Assembly (NCBI GenBank): GCA_010015805.1
Contig: ML978131.1
Span: forward strand, 558,001-622,000
Direction: 5' to 3'
DNA: 64,000 nucleotides
Source: Rhizodiscina lignyota
Lineage: Eukaryota
Shown piece by piece: positions 47,624 through 59,509 of the stretch. The stretch's first letter is position 1, and each line of letters begins with the position of its first letter. The notes beneath the pieces were generated by a model. The model ran no database searches. It saw only the letters and a program-made list of their open reading frames with translations, and was not told where the DNA came from. The translations under genes and the position numbers were made by a program.

Positions 47624-48379
47624 TTATCCCCGACGTCGCAGACCAGGGCGTCGAGGTTGAAGAAGCGGCTCATTGAGTATGACGTTTGCTTCTTCACCTG
47701 CTCTATGAGTCAAGCTTTGTTCCGCTGTAGTTCTCCTCGCGTTCACCTTCTTCGAAACTGTACCATCTGTACTGTTCGCAGCTGTATTCGACGGTCCTCT
47801 GGGCTTCTTGCCTGCTGCTAGCATTTCGACTAATGTTCGGATTCGATTCGCGCGAGCCTTAGGCGAAGCTGTCTGCACCCGCCACAGCACGGAATATCGA
47901 TCCGTCTTATTTAGGCTTTCGAAGAAGGAAGCGGCGGTAGGCTCAGCAACCAAGGCAGCAGTAAGGTCTTCAGGAACAGTTATGCTAGCTGGTCCAGCAT
48001 AGGCACGCACCCAACGACCGTCAGCTTTCGCGGCCTCGACACATTCCACGCCTGCAGGGCGCATCCGGCCTGCCTCTATCAGCCTTGACACTGTATCCAC
48101 GTTTTTTTGTGACCATATGCTCTTCGAGCGACGCGGCGTATATCGCACCAACCACCACTTATCATCCAATCCATTTGCGCGACCGTCGATCCACCCGAAG
48201 CACAGGGCGATTTCGACTGCTTCTGAAGAAGACACTGACGGAATACCGGAGGACTTCTTCGCCAACTTCAAGTGGAATCCGGGTGTTGTCGTGTGCTCGC
48301 GCTCTAGAAAGGCCTCGAAATCGTCGGCGGAGGGGAAGGAGTATATGGGCAGGTCGGACGGTAGAGCTTTAATGGACAT
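47624..48379 (-). CDS. YdeI/OmpD-associated (bacteriocin-protection family) protein
   Basis: Intronless. EAVEIALCFGWIDG, YTPRRSKSIWSQKN, GRMRPAG, AKADGRWVRAY, VPEDL, FFESLNKTDRY. Alternative ATG at 48409. Confidence 0.88.
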   Translation of the reverse strand: MSIKALPSDLPIYSFPSADDFEAFLEREHTTTPGFHLKLAKKSSGIPSVSSSEAVEIALCFGWIDGRANGLDDKWWLVRYTPRRSKSIWSQKNVDTVSRLIEAGRMRPAGVECVEAAKADGRWVRAYAGPASITVPEDLTAALVAEPTAASFFESLNKTDRYSVLWRVQTASPKARANRIRTLVEMLAAGKKPRGPSNTAANSTDGTVSKKVNARRTTAEQSLTHRAGEEANVILNEPLLQPRRPGLRRRG

Positions 48380-48840
48380 TGTAGAAAGCTGTTTTTGATT
48401 GGGATGCATACTCCAGCAACTGTGGAGCCCTGTAAGGCTCGCGTGGTTATATTAAACTTGAGAGAAGCCTGTCGAAGCAGAGGCAATCGATACTCTGTGC
48501 TACGCTGTACAACGCGATAGAATAGACTCGTGCACATGAAAAGGACCAATTGCGCAATTGAGATTTAGACCAGCGTCGTTTCTTTCCAATGGGAGTTTGG
48601 ACAATATTTCAGAGAAATCCATGATACACAGCGTGCGCATACGGAGGACTCTCCTTGACGATACCTGAGAGGAACGTCCGGGTTCGGCATTGGACGGGAG
48701 TTTCCATCACTTTCACCGACACGTGACTTCCTCCTGTCGACCCTCTCGCGAACAACGCACAGTCGGTCTCATAAATAGCGCAATATTCTCACACGAAAAG
48801 CAATCTCACATGTTCCTGTTTCTGCTCCCAGATGCGAATA

Positions 48841-48940
48841 TTGAGCGAGCAGGTAGCAGCTTGAGCCGTGGCTGAGCAAACCAGAGCAGGTCTGAGTTGT
48901 TGATGAGCAAGCCTGAGTAAAGCGTGAGCGGGAATGATGC
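48841..48940 (+). repeat. Array of (T)GAG(C/T) motifs spaced 10-11 bp apart
   Basis: GAGY starts at 48863, 48874, 48884, 48894, 48905, 48915 and 48926; spacers are unrelated in sequence. Confidence 0.65.
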
Positions 48941-49527
48941 ACCATTAATTATGTCCTCAAAGCGGAAGGCATTCTACGAAATGATCGAAGTAGATCGAAA
49001 GTGTATCTCACCAGCCTCCCTACGACTGCTTCTTCGCGTGGACGTGGTGAACAGGACGTAGTGAACAGGTGTTGAGAGTAGACACTGTCACAACACAACG
49101 AGCGGTAGGTAATTGATAAGTATGCTGTCGCTCTCTACCTTCTTTATTCTCCTCCGTCATTAAACCAATCTCAAAAAGACATCACGAACACACTTCAGCT
49201 ATTAAACCGGTTTCTATATATACGCTTGTCGAAATGGCAGGCATTGCGGACACAGCATTGGGTACCTTGGGGCGACGGCATAACACAATATCGAAATTCG
49301 TGGTGTCGCGGGGCTACTAATAAAACGAATCGCGATTCGGTTTCGCGGATGAATAGGGTGAAATCAGGCCTCACGCCTATCTCCCCGCACACAATCCGGA
49401 GCGGGCATTATGCCGAATCATCGACATATTCCTGCTACTGCTATCATGACTGGACTTTGACATTCATTGACTAATTTCCGAGTGTAGAGAACGACTCAAA
49501 CTTGAACTTCTACAAGCGAAGAGCAGT

Positions 49528-50382
49528 ATGGATTCGAGCGCTCCAACGATGATGAACACCGCACGGACGATCGACGGCACAGTCGGCCTCACCAAGATCA
49601 ACTCTAAATATCTACACTACAAGCAAATGGGCTCAAGCGGTGACCCTATTGTGTTTATCCATGGACTCGGTGGAACAATGAATTACTGGATTACCGTCAT
49701 TGCCGCTCTTGGGCTTGCAACTTCACACACCTGTCACCTTCTCGACCTTGAAGGACAAGGATTGAGTCCAACTCCTGCTAATACCGAACTGACCATCGAC
49801 TCCCTGGCGTCAGATATCGGGGGTATATTTCAACATGCGCATATCTCATCATCTAAACCAGCGATCGTAATTGGACACTCCCTAGGCTGCTTAGTCTCAA
49901 TGAAGTTCGCCCTCGACAATCCATCGCTCGTGAAGAAAGTCATACTCGTTAGTCCTCCCGCTTCTCCCACGACAGAAGCAGCTGTAAAGGGACTGCTTCA
50001 GCGTGCGGAGATTGCTAGAACGCGAGGTATGCAGGCACTTGTCGATGTGGTTGCAGACGGTGCGATAGCCGGAAAAGCTACGACAACGAATTTTATCGCT
50101 ATTGCTGCTTCGCGTCTGAGTCTCCTTGGGCAGGACCCTCAAGGGTATGCGAAGACCTGTGGTGCCATTGCTGGAGCGACAACAGCTTTGAAAGTCGAAG
50201 ACCTACCCGCGAACACGCTGTTGATCTGCGGTGATGCGGATAAGGTCACCCCGCCTGGTGTTTCAAAGGATTACCAGAAGAGAATCAAGGGCTCACAATT
50301 TGTTTCGTTGAATGATTGTGGACATAGACCGATGTTTGAGGATCTTGATGGACTTGCAAAAGCGATTGGAGACTTTCTATGA
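49528..50382 (+). CDS. Alpha/beta hydrolase (3-oxoadipate enol-lactonase-like)
   Basis: FIHGLGG oxyanion motif, DLEGQGLS, nucleophile elbow GHSLG, GDADKVTP, CGH. Confidence 0.88.
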   Translation: MDSSAPTMMNTARTIDGTVGLTKINSKYLHYKQMGSSGDPIVFIHGLGGTMNYWITVIAALGLATSHTCHLLDLEGQGLSPTPANTELTIDSLASDIGGIFQHAHISSSKPAIVIGHSLGCLVSMKFALDNPSLVKKVILVSPPASPTTEAAVKGLLQRAEIARTRGMQALVDVVADGAIAGKATTTNFIAIAASRLSLLGQDPQGYAKTCGAIAGATTALKVEDLPANTLLICGDADKVTPPGVSKDYQKRIKGSQFVSLNDCGHRPMFEDLDGLAKAIGDFL

Positions 50383-50707
50383 AGCATAGTATGGCGCGTT
50401 TACAGGTCTATCATTAACCCATCCGAACAAGACCTAGCTTTGGCATTTCCATTCATCAGCGTGACGAGTCCTTCTCGAACCCGCGAGTTCGAATATGTGC
50501 GGTTACGGCTACTACACTCGAATGCTTGGTGCAATATCGTCTATACCGTATGCTGACGCTCAGCCCTGCTCCCCTCCGTACTCTGCGGGGATAGCGTGCC
50601 GTCCGGTTCTATCTCCGCTCTGGAGTACGCCCTGACGGGCTAATTGAAAAAGCAATAAATCATGACATGCCACCCTCATTCCATACGGGCAACTGTAAGT
50701 GAACAAG

Positions 50708-51208
50708 ATGGCGTATCCATCAAAAGAACAGATTAAGTCGATCTTTGGCAAGTGGACGGATGGGGATCAACCCGGCTTCTTCACTCACGTTGCGGACAAC
50801 GTCAGTACGTACTCATTTTATGCCCTCCGCCTCACCAAATTTTCACTAACTTTTTAAGACTGGACTGTCGAGTCTAAGACGGCACTAGGAGGCACATATA
50901 CCTCAAAATCTGATTTCCGTACTGCCACAACCACTGTCATGGGTGATCTTATTCATCCAGATACTCCTTTCCTGCTGCGCGTCATCAACGTCATTGGCGG
51001 CGGCGATGAGGAATGGGCAGCTGTGGAATTGCTCTGCGACTGCAAGACGAAGAATATGACAGACTACAAGCAAACCTACTGTTGGGTCACGAAATGGAAG
51101 CTGCTGAGTGACGATGCAGAGGGAAAGATTGTCGAGGTCCGAGCATATCTGGACACTGCTCTCGTTGACAAGGTTGTGGACGAGCACCAACAGCAAAAGC
51201 GATCATGA
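50708..51208 (+). CDS. SnoaL-like / NTF2-fold small protein
   Basis: ATG 50708, intron 50805-50858. FFTHVADNVNWTV, LGGTYTSK, YKQTYCWVTKW, GKIVEVRAYLDTALV. Confidence 0.85.
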
Positions 51209-51363
51209 GTTTCGAAAATGGATACACATAAAATACTACATTTTTCAAATAACTACAACATATGAAGAAGAATAAGCTAAAGTACAGACCCATTTCACAA
51301 TAAGTCTTGTGCCGCCAGATGGAACATACAATACAACGCTAAACCGAAATCATCATATCGTGT

Positions 51364-54300
51364 CTAAAACAAAGCCTTACGCATATTACTGAAAATCCCC
51401 CCTTTCTCTCTTTCCTTCTCGTTGCCACGCTCACTCCTTGACATGCGGTCACTTTCAGCTCGATAAGTTCTCGGCCTGTCACCACCCTGCCTGCTGGACC
51501 GAGCGAGAGCCCGATCCTCTTCAGGATATCGAGATCTGGGCTGAGCGTTTGAGGGAGTAGGCGTTGCGCTCGACGGAACTGTGGAGGGGGCATTGTTTCG
51601 CAGAATGAATGACGGCGTGTCCGCCCGCGGGGCCTCGGGGGCTTCCGGCCTCTCGCTGACAGACGATTCTGGTCGAATTGAAGTGTTGCTCTCCCGGTGG
51701 TGTCTTCGTCTTCGATGAGCATCAAAATCCGGCGTCCCTCTGTCACTCTGTCCTCTGCTCGAATGTGAACTTCTCCTCTCCCGAATGGCTCTGCTAGGTG
51801 GTAGTGGTGGTGCAGGTTGTCCGAACAGTGCGATCGTGGCACTCTTCAGAAGCCCTGGTCGTTCTGGTGCTGAAGAGCGGTAGTCCATATCGGTATGTCG
51901 TCTGCGACTCTCTGCAATGCTTGCATTACTCGAGGGCACAAGCTCTCTGGCCGCTAAGCCACCACCGTCATCCACAACATCTCCTTCAGCAGCACGTCTA
52001 TGTTCTTCTCGCCGGTGTCGCCGTCTTTTTTCTTCGTCACCATCTCCATGCCTTCTTTTCTTGCGCTCAGCTTCTTCCTCATCGACCTTGGCGGCCTCTT
52101 CGGCTAAGCGCTCAATTTCTAGCCGACGCTGACGCCTTCTCTCGGCACGTTTGCGCACATACTCCTCCTCTTCCTCCTCCTCTTTTCGGCGTTGGAGTTC
52201 GGCTTCTTGTCGCAGCCGGTCGGCTTCCTCGCGAGCTTTTCGAGCGGCATGTCGCAAACGGCGTGCTTCTTCTTCCGCTTCTGCGACAGACTGTCTTCGC
52301 GAGGCCTCTCGCTTGGCATGACCAGTTGATTCTCCTGCTCCTCTAATAGCCATGCTGAACGAACCAAACAGTGCACTGGAAAGTGGGGGGCGACTGTTAC
52401 TACTAGAAACGCTTTCACGACGCCTGGGATACGAAGGCTGGCCTTGATATGAACTCGACCTTGATGAGCGCCTGCGACGTCTGTGTCTCTCGGATTCAGG
52501 CGAACCAGATATCGAGTCTGGAATTCCTCTGTGCACCTCGGGTGGCGGTGTCTTTGGTGTGTCTTCGATCGGGATTTCTGTTGCAGATGGTATATCAAGC
52601 GGCGGTGGAGGCGGGATCGAGTCTAACGGTGGAGGTGGCGGCGGGATCGCGTCTATTGGTGGGGGTGGCGGAGGGGACGGAATCGCATCTGCTGGTAGGG
52701 GTGGTGGAGGTGGTGGAGGTGGTGGAGGACTGGCCTCCTCTGGTGCCTCGGGTGCTTCGTCGGGAGGATCGGGGGCCTCTTCGGCGGGGGATTCTTCGGC
52801 TCGTGGTGCATCCTCGACGGTGGCATCCTCGACGGGCGGTGCGTCTTTGGCAAGGCCCTCCTCTTCTGCCGCTTCGGCGCTTGCTTCCTCCTCGGGAAGA
52901 GGAGCGTCGTCGGCTTCGACCTTATCGCTTTCGCTGGGTATCTCTTCGATTACTTCGACAACAGGCGGGGCTTCATATGTCACCTCTACTGTGGTGGACT
53001 CGGCAGGATTGTCTTCTTCAACAGCTTCTTCTTTAACATCCTCACTTGGGCCCGCGTCATCTGCGGCTGCAGGCCCTGCGAGCTCTTCTTCTTTAGCCTC
53101 TTCCTCCGCAGGTGCTTTACTAGGAGGCTCTTCATCTTTTACGTCCTCGGCTAGAGCATCCCCTTCGGCCTCTGGGTTGTCGCCGCCAACTACATCTTCT
53201 GTCGGTACGTCCTCTTGTTTGTCGCCGCCAGCTGCGTCTTCTGTCGGTGCGTCCTCTTGTTTGTCGTCAACAGCTGCCTCGGCAGGAGCATCCTCTGGTT
53301 TATCGTCGCTAGCCGCGTCTGTAGCCGGTGCATTTTCAGACTTGTCATCGCCAGCGGCGGCATCAGCGGGTCCCTCGTCGCCACCCGCCGCAGCCAGAGC
53401 TTCTTGGGCTTTAGCTTCTTCCTCTGCTTTTCTCGCTTCCTCTATCTCTAAGGCTTCTTTAGCTTTAGCCTCTTCCTCTGCCTTTCTCGCTTCCTCTTCT
53501 GCCTGTCTTGCTGCTTCCAACTCCATGGCTTCTTTAGCTCTAGCCTCTGCCTCCGCCTTCTCTTTAGCCGCTTGTACCTCGTAGTAGATCATTGCAGCTT
53601 GTGTGAGTGATAACTCATCCCTTTTCTCTTCAGGCTCTGGCTCCGGTTCATCTTTCTTCTCTTCCTGTGCTGGTTTGCTCTCGTCTTCGACAGACTTCTC
53701 CTCAGCCGGTTTCTCCTCCCCAGCCGGTTTCTCTTCTTGGGCAGGCTTCCCTTCTTCACCACCTCCCTCGGGTGCTTCCTCCTTTGGAGCTTCAAGAGGT
53801 TCCACCGGAGGATCTGGCTCGGGAGGCTTCTCCACGGGAGCCGATTCAGGTTCAGCTTCAGACGACTTTTCCTCCTCTCCATTCTCCTCTACCTGGACGG
53901 GCTTCTCCTCTGCCTCGACAGGCTTCTCCTCTGCCTCGACGGGCTTCTCTTCTTCCTCCTTGGCCTCTTCTTCCTCCTTGGCCTCTTCTTCCTCCTTGGC
54001 CTCTTCTTCCTCNNNNNNNNNNCTCTTCTTCCTCCTTGGCCTCTTCTTCCTCCTTGGCCTCTTCTTCCTCCTTGGCCTCTTCTTCCTCGACATGTTTCTC
54101 ACCTGCCTCGACGGGCTTCTCCTCTTCCTCCTTAGCCTCTTCTTCACTATCGCCACCCTCCGGTTCGTCGACCGGTTTGCCCTCCTTCGGTGGATCGCCG
54201 TCTCCATCACCACCCTCTCCAGATTCTGCGGGTGGTGGCGGCGGCGGTGGTGGATCGTCTCCTGCACCATCATTCTCAGCAGCGTCATTTCCACCTCCGT

Positions 54301-55971
54301 CTCCATCCCCGGCAGGAGGGGCCGGCTCGTCAGCGGCTTTTTCTTCGCCTTCTGCTGCGCCTTCCTCATTATCCGCTGGTTCTGCTGAGTTGTTAGCTGG
54401 CGATTCTGCAGCTGGAGCTTCTGGCGGGTCGGTCGGTGGGCCGGTCGGTGAATCTACGACGAAGTTTTTGAATGAGCAGTGCTTCATAATATATTCGAAA
54501 AAAGACCTCTTACCAGTATCCTTGGCGACCTCATCAGCACCTGCATCCGCCGGAGTCTCTGAAGCATCTTCAACCGGGACATCAGGAGCTTGCGTGGACT
54601 CAGCTGCGCTCTCAACTGCCTCTGGAGCAGTTTCAGGAGCAGATGGGGGCTCCAACGCGCCCGCCATCTCAGCGTCACCATCTCCGTCCGCAGCCACATC
54701 ACCATCTATAGACTTCACCAATTCAGCACTCCTTACATCATCCTCATCGCTCACTGACTCATCATCGCTCTCATCAAGCTCTGGGACCACGGGCGGTGGA
54801 AAAGCGAGGTCAGGAAGTGGCGGCATTGGGATGTCAAACGCTCCAGGCAGAGGAGGCGGGAAAGTGAATCCTTCGGGGAGCGGCGGGATTGGTGGTAGAT
54901 CGCCTTCGATGAAGTCCCCAAACATGCCAGGAGGTGGAGAGGGAGCCTCGGGCATATGGCCCTCGTCCTCATCGGGTTGATATGGAGCGTCTGATTCGCC
55001 ATGATGAGAAGCAGCGTCGTTGTTGTTGTCGCCGTCATCGCCATTTGGTTCTTTGTCGTCAGATAGGCTGTGGTCTGGCGCATTTTCGGTCCGTACTTCT
55101 TCGCTTGCTGGCTCGGGAACAGCTTGAGACTCCGTTGTTGCAGTATGGCCATCTACTGGCTCTGGTGTTGCCGCTTCCGCTGCAGGTTCCTCTGTTGCTG
55201 CAAGCACTTCTGTCGTTTCAGGTTCTTCTTGGGTTGTAGTTTCCTCCGGCGGTGCCGGCTCCTCGCTTATCGACTCCTGTGGTGCATGTGCGACGACTTT
55301 CGTCTCCGCCTCCTGTGCGGTCTCGGGCCCGTCCTCTCGTCCTCCGTCTTCTCCAGGATTGACGGAGTCCAATGCACCTGGGGCTTCCTGAACTTCTGGC
55401 GCATCATCAGCAGATTTTTCTTGTGCCGCCTCCGAGTGTTGAGGTACCTCGTCGTTGCTTTCAGTCGCGTGACTGGTTTCAGATTCAGAAGGGGCTACTG
55501 GTGAGCCCGGTGCACTGTCTTCTGTTGGACTTGATTCCGGTTCAGGAGCAGGCTCTGGATCGCTAGGCTTACTAGTGTCTTCTGCCGGACTGGCCTCTGG
55601 CTCAGGAGTAGGCTCTGGATCACTAGGCAGTGGCGGGGGTAGTGGTGGTATCTCAAAGTCCGGAGGTGGAGGGGGAGGTATCGCAAGAGTTGGTGGCGGT
55701 GGAGGTGGAGGAATCTCCAAGTCAGGCGGAGGTGGTGCGGCTTCTTCGACTGGGGCTTCGGCTTCGGGCTCTTCAACAAGAATTTCTTCGGCTTGGGCGT
55801 CCTCTGGATCTGGCGCTGGAGGCTGTTCAACCTCTTTTGGTGCCTCGGGCTCTGTAGCAGGCTCTGCAGGTACTTCGCTCGCTGGTTCGGGGGCCGGTTC
55901 GCCTTCTTCTGTTGGTTCAGCAGCAGGCTCAGGAACTGGTTCGCTGGCTGGTTCAGGAGCAGGTTCGACAG

Positions 55972-56008
<37 letters not shown>

Positions 56009-57766
56009 AGAAGGGGCTTCGGGTTCGGCTGCAGACTCTGGATCAGGTTCATTAGTAGGTTCTGGAACAGGCTCGGCTGCAGGCTCGGGAGCTGGTTCCC
56101 TAGGTGGGTCGGCCAACTCAGGTGCTGGTTCAATTGGTTGCTCTGGAGCTGGTTCGGCAGCCGGCTCACTCTCTGGCTCACTCTCTGGCTCGCTGGCTGG
56201 TTCGGGAAGCGGCTCTGGAGCTTCATCACCGGCGGGTTCAGGAGCTGGCTCTGGAGTCTCATCGCTGGGCGGCTCTGGTGGTGGCGGCGGTGGTGGCTCA
56301 TCAGCTACTTCGGGGGCGGGTTTGGCTGGCTCCTCGTCATCAGCTGGGGGTACGGCTTGATCCTCGGCTGGGTCAGCATCATTGCCATCTCCACCAGCAG
56401 CTTCGGGGGCTGAGTCGGCGGCAGGTTCTTCGTCACCAGTCTCGGGCGGGACCCCATCGTCGGGCGGTACAGCATCGTCGCTATCACCAGCAGGAGCTTC
56501 AGTTCCAGAGGGAGGAAAATCGCTCGCCACCTCCGCAGGAGGCGCAATCGAATCTCCACTCTCACTGCCCGCAGTAGCAGCCGCCTTCTTCTTCCTTTGT
56601 GCCTTTCGAACCGCCATGGGGACGTTCTTCATCTTCTCCCTGTGGTCGGCTTGTTTCTTCTTGAAATCTTCCAAGGCAATCTTCCTCTTCTCCTTCAACT
56701 CCTTATCCCTTGCGGCCTTCTTTTCCCTCTCTTCCTTGTCCTTGATAGCTTTTGCGGCCTTCTCCTCTTTTTCTTTAGCCAGCCGCTCTTTGCGGTCGGC
56801 CTGGTCTTTAATAAGTCTCTCCTTCCGCTCCGCCAAGGCCTTCTGAAACGCCTCTCGTCGTTCCTCGAGCTCTTTCATACGCTTCTCCCGCTGCTCTTTA
56901 GCCTTCTCGATCCTGATCTCCTTCAATCGAGCAGCTTGAGCTATCCTAGCCTCTTTCTCTTGAGCCAGCTTGGCTTCTTGTGCTTCGCGGAGACGGGCTT
57001 TCTCGGCTTCCTGCTCGGCTTTCTCCTCTGGCGATATCTTCGGTCGTACGGATGGCCTGACGGCCATTGGAGGTAAGGCTTTATCACCAGCCAACTTTGC
57101 TGCCTCTTGTGCTGCTCGGACTCGGGCTATCTCAGCAGCTCGTTCGGCTTTCTCCTCGTCCGTCAACTTGGGTTTAGTGGAGTGTCTGGTCGCCATTGGT
57201 GGCAGAGGTTTCTTCTCTTGAGGCTTCTTCTCATGCGTTTTCTTGTCCTTTTTGCTTTTCTTGTCCTTCGATTTCTTCTTCTTTTTGGAATCCGACGCAT
57301 CGCCAGAGAGTGACCCACTCCTGTCGCTCCCACTGATCGAAGGTGCGAAGCCGGGGGGAAGTGGGACGCCATCTAATGGTGGAGGCGGAGGGATCATTCC
57401 ATCTAGGGGTGGAGGTGGTGGGGGAGCCATGGGGAGATCGCCTGGCGGAGGCGGCGGGTGTGCTGCGGACATCACGGGGGAAGATGTTGCCGTCACAGCG
57501 ATGCTGCCATCCGAGTTCGCATCCTCCTCCATGACCACGCCAGGGTCGTCGAATACAGGTGGTGGGGGGGGCCATTGTAGTTTACGGACATACGGTTGCT
57601 CTGTCTTTTGTCCAGGAAGTTGAAATTTCTGTACGTTAATATCCATCTTCCCAAAATTGACATTGAACTTGTATCCGCCGGCATGCGCCGCCCCAGGAGG
57701 GCTCCAGCCAGCCCAATTGATGTCGCCATACTGACGATTTGAAGGGATGTTGTCCATTGTGGTCAT
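51364..57766 (-). CDS. Giant (about 2100 aa) Pro/Glu/Ala-rich intrinsically disordered protein with charged helical segments
   Basis: The 1302-aa and 1001-aa ORFs read AKEEEE repeats on either side of the N gap and are one gene. A probable in-frame 60-nt intron lies at 54454-54513 (GTAAGA..TAG). Confidence 0.8.
53946..54087 (-). repeat. 18-bp coding tandem repeat (AKEEEE) interrupted by an assembly gap
   Basis: ctcttcttcctccttggc repeated at least three times on each side of 10 Ns at 54013-54022. Confidence 0.95.
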
Positions 57767-59509
57767 GTTGATTCGTTCCGAGGTCGATGTTGTTGATGAA
57801 AAATGCTCATGATTAGAATCGTTAAAGTGTATATCCCGAACCTCGCTATGCTATGAAACCATTGAAAAAACGCCCGAATAGATCGCTCGTTAAATCAATA
57901 TGTCAGATTAGCGAAGTGGATGAGATGTGAGATGATGCAGATGCAAGCGGCAGCCGCGGGGGTCCTTTATTAATTCAACGAAATGCGCAACGAATAGAAA
58001 GCAGAACCAAGGCGACGAATGAGAGTGTGAAGCATGTCAAGGTCTTATTACTTTGCATGCGTGGCTAAACGACAGTGAACGTCTCAGTGGTCATGCCAAT
58101 TGGTTGGGCAGGGAGAAGCAATGGGGCTCGAACGGACCGAGAATGCAGGCGGAGTAAAGGAAGGAAGGAGATATTCAGCATACGACGCTGAGCCAACATG
58201 GTGCTGGGTCATTGGAGAGGAAGGATGGTGTCTGAAAGTGCGAGTAACGTGGTACCGTCTCCAGCTGTCGTTTAGGAAGACATGCTCGGGCGGTTCCCGG
58301 CCTGTCCCGCAGCCCAACACCCTTGGCCGTTGCATGTGTGGTGCCACGTCGGACAGATATCGAGCGAAACGGTCTATTGGTCAATTGGACGTGGTACCTG
58401 CAACAGGCTCTTGGGCTCGCAGAGTGTTCTCTGCATTCTTCTGCCGAGCCGCGCATTTGCCTCCATCTGCTGCGTTTCTAGAGGCCCGATTGCGGGCAGC
58501 GGCAGGACGGACGACATCCCAGTGGCCATCAATGTCTCTGCGAGTCGTGCCAGAAAACGTTAAAACGCCATCCTCACGCAGTCAGTCTGCGACTCTGGGC
58601 CTCTGAGGAACGTCGGAAATCGCAGGCTCCTTGGGTAGTCATGCAGATGACGCGACGAGAGCGCTTTTTCGGGGACCCGAGGGCCGGGAGGGGCCCAGTG
58701 TACAGCTGTAAGTCAGGAGCTGCAGCGAGCAAAGCCTAAGAGTCAGCAGACCGACCACAGTGCTCGGTCGTGTCGTGCCATGTCAGTCGGGAGTCAGATG
58801 GCGGTTAAATGGAGGCGTCGTGCACGAAGATGAGTGGGATGACGAGGAATGGGATGAGACGGTCTTCGTCAGGTGGGCTCGGCGGGATGAGGCGCGGGAC
58901 GACCCGGTCAAGCCACGTCTCCGTCGTCCCTTGGTTGATCGACGCCACGAGCAAACGTCGAAATTGGCAACAGAAAAGGAAAGAATGTCCCAATATTAGG
59001 CCATATCCGCAGCGGAGCCATATTTCCCAAGGACGAGAAACCGGCGAACGGTACCACGTCGACGACTCCAGTTCCAAGGCGCTCACACGGACTGGTACGG
59101 GTTGCGCCCATGCTCTGTCACGTCCACGACTCCCTCTACAAACTACGTCATTAGGCATCAAATATGAGACAGAAGAAAGATTAAGCATAACGATCCCAAA
59201 GCCATCAACGCCAACAAGACTGCTTAAAACAGACTTTCCCGTCAGAGAAAATTCGAGGACAAATCCAAGAGGAACCCAAAGGAATTTCCTGAGTACCCGA
59301 AATTGGACTCTAAATATATCTGACACTTCCTAATCAATACCAAATCCCACGCCTGCGACGAGCCAACGCTCAACCTGCTATCCGGAAGGTCAAGCTTTCA
59401 TTCATGATCGCAACTAAGCAGACAAATCACTCCGCCAAATAAGAAAAGCTCTCCTGGCGGCGAGTGTGACGGAAATCTCGCCAGAATTTAGAATGCTTCG
59501 ATTCTGCCT

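Noticed and set aside
52559..56846. Long + strand Ser/Gly-rich ORFs (341, 457, 261, 261 aa and others)
   Set aside because: Antisense shadows of the low-complexity Pro/Glu-rich gene; no independent domain signal.
58641..59333. Possible spliced 100-aa ORF with DEWDDEEWDE, and overlapping 174/173-aa ORFs
   Set aside because: Weak branch site and no family signal; equally explained as the complement of pyrimidine-rich upstream sequence of the giant gene.
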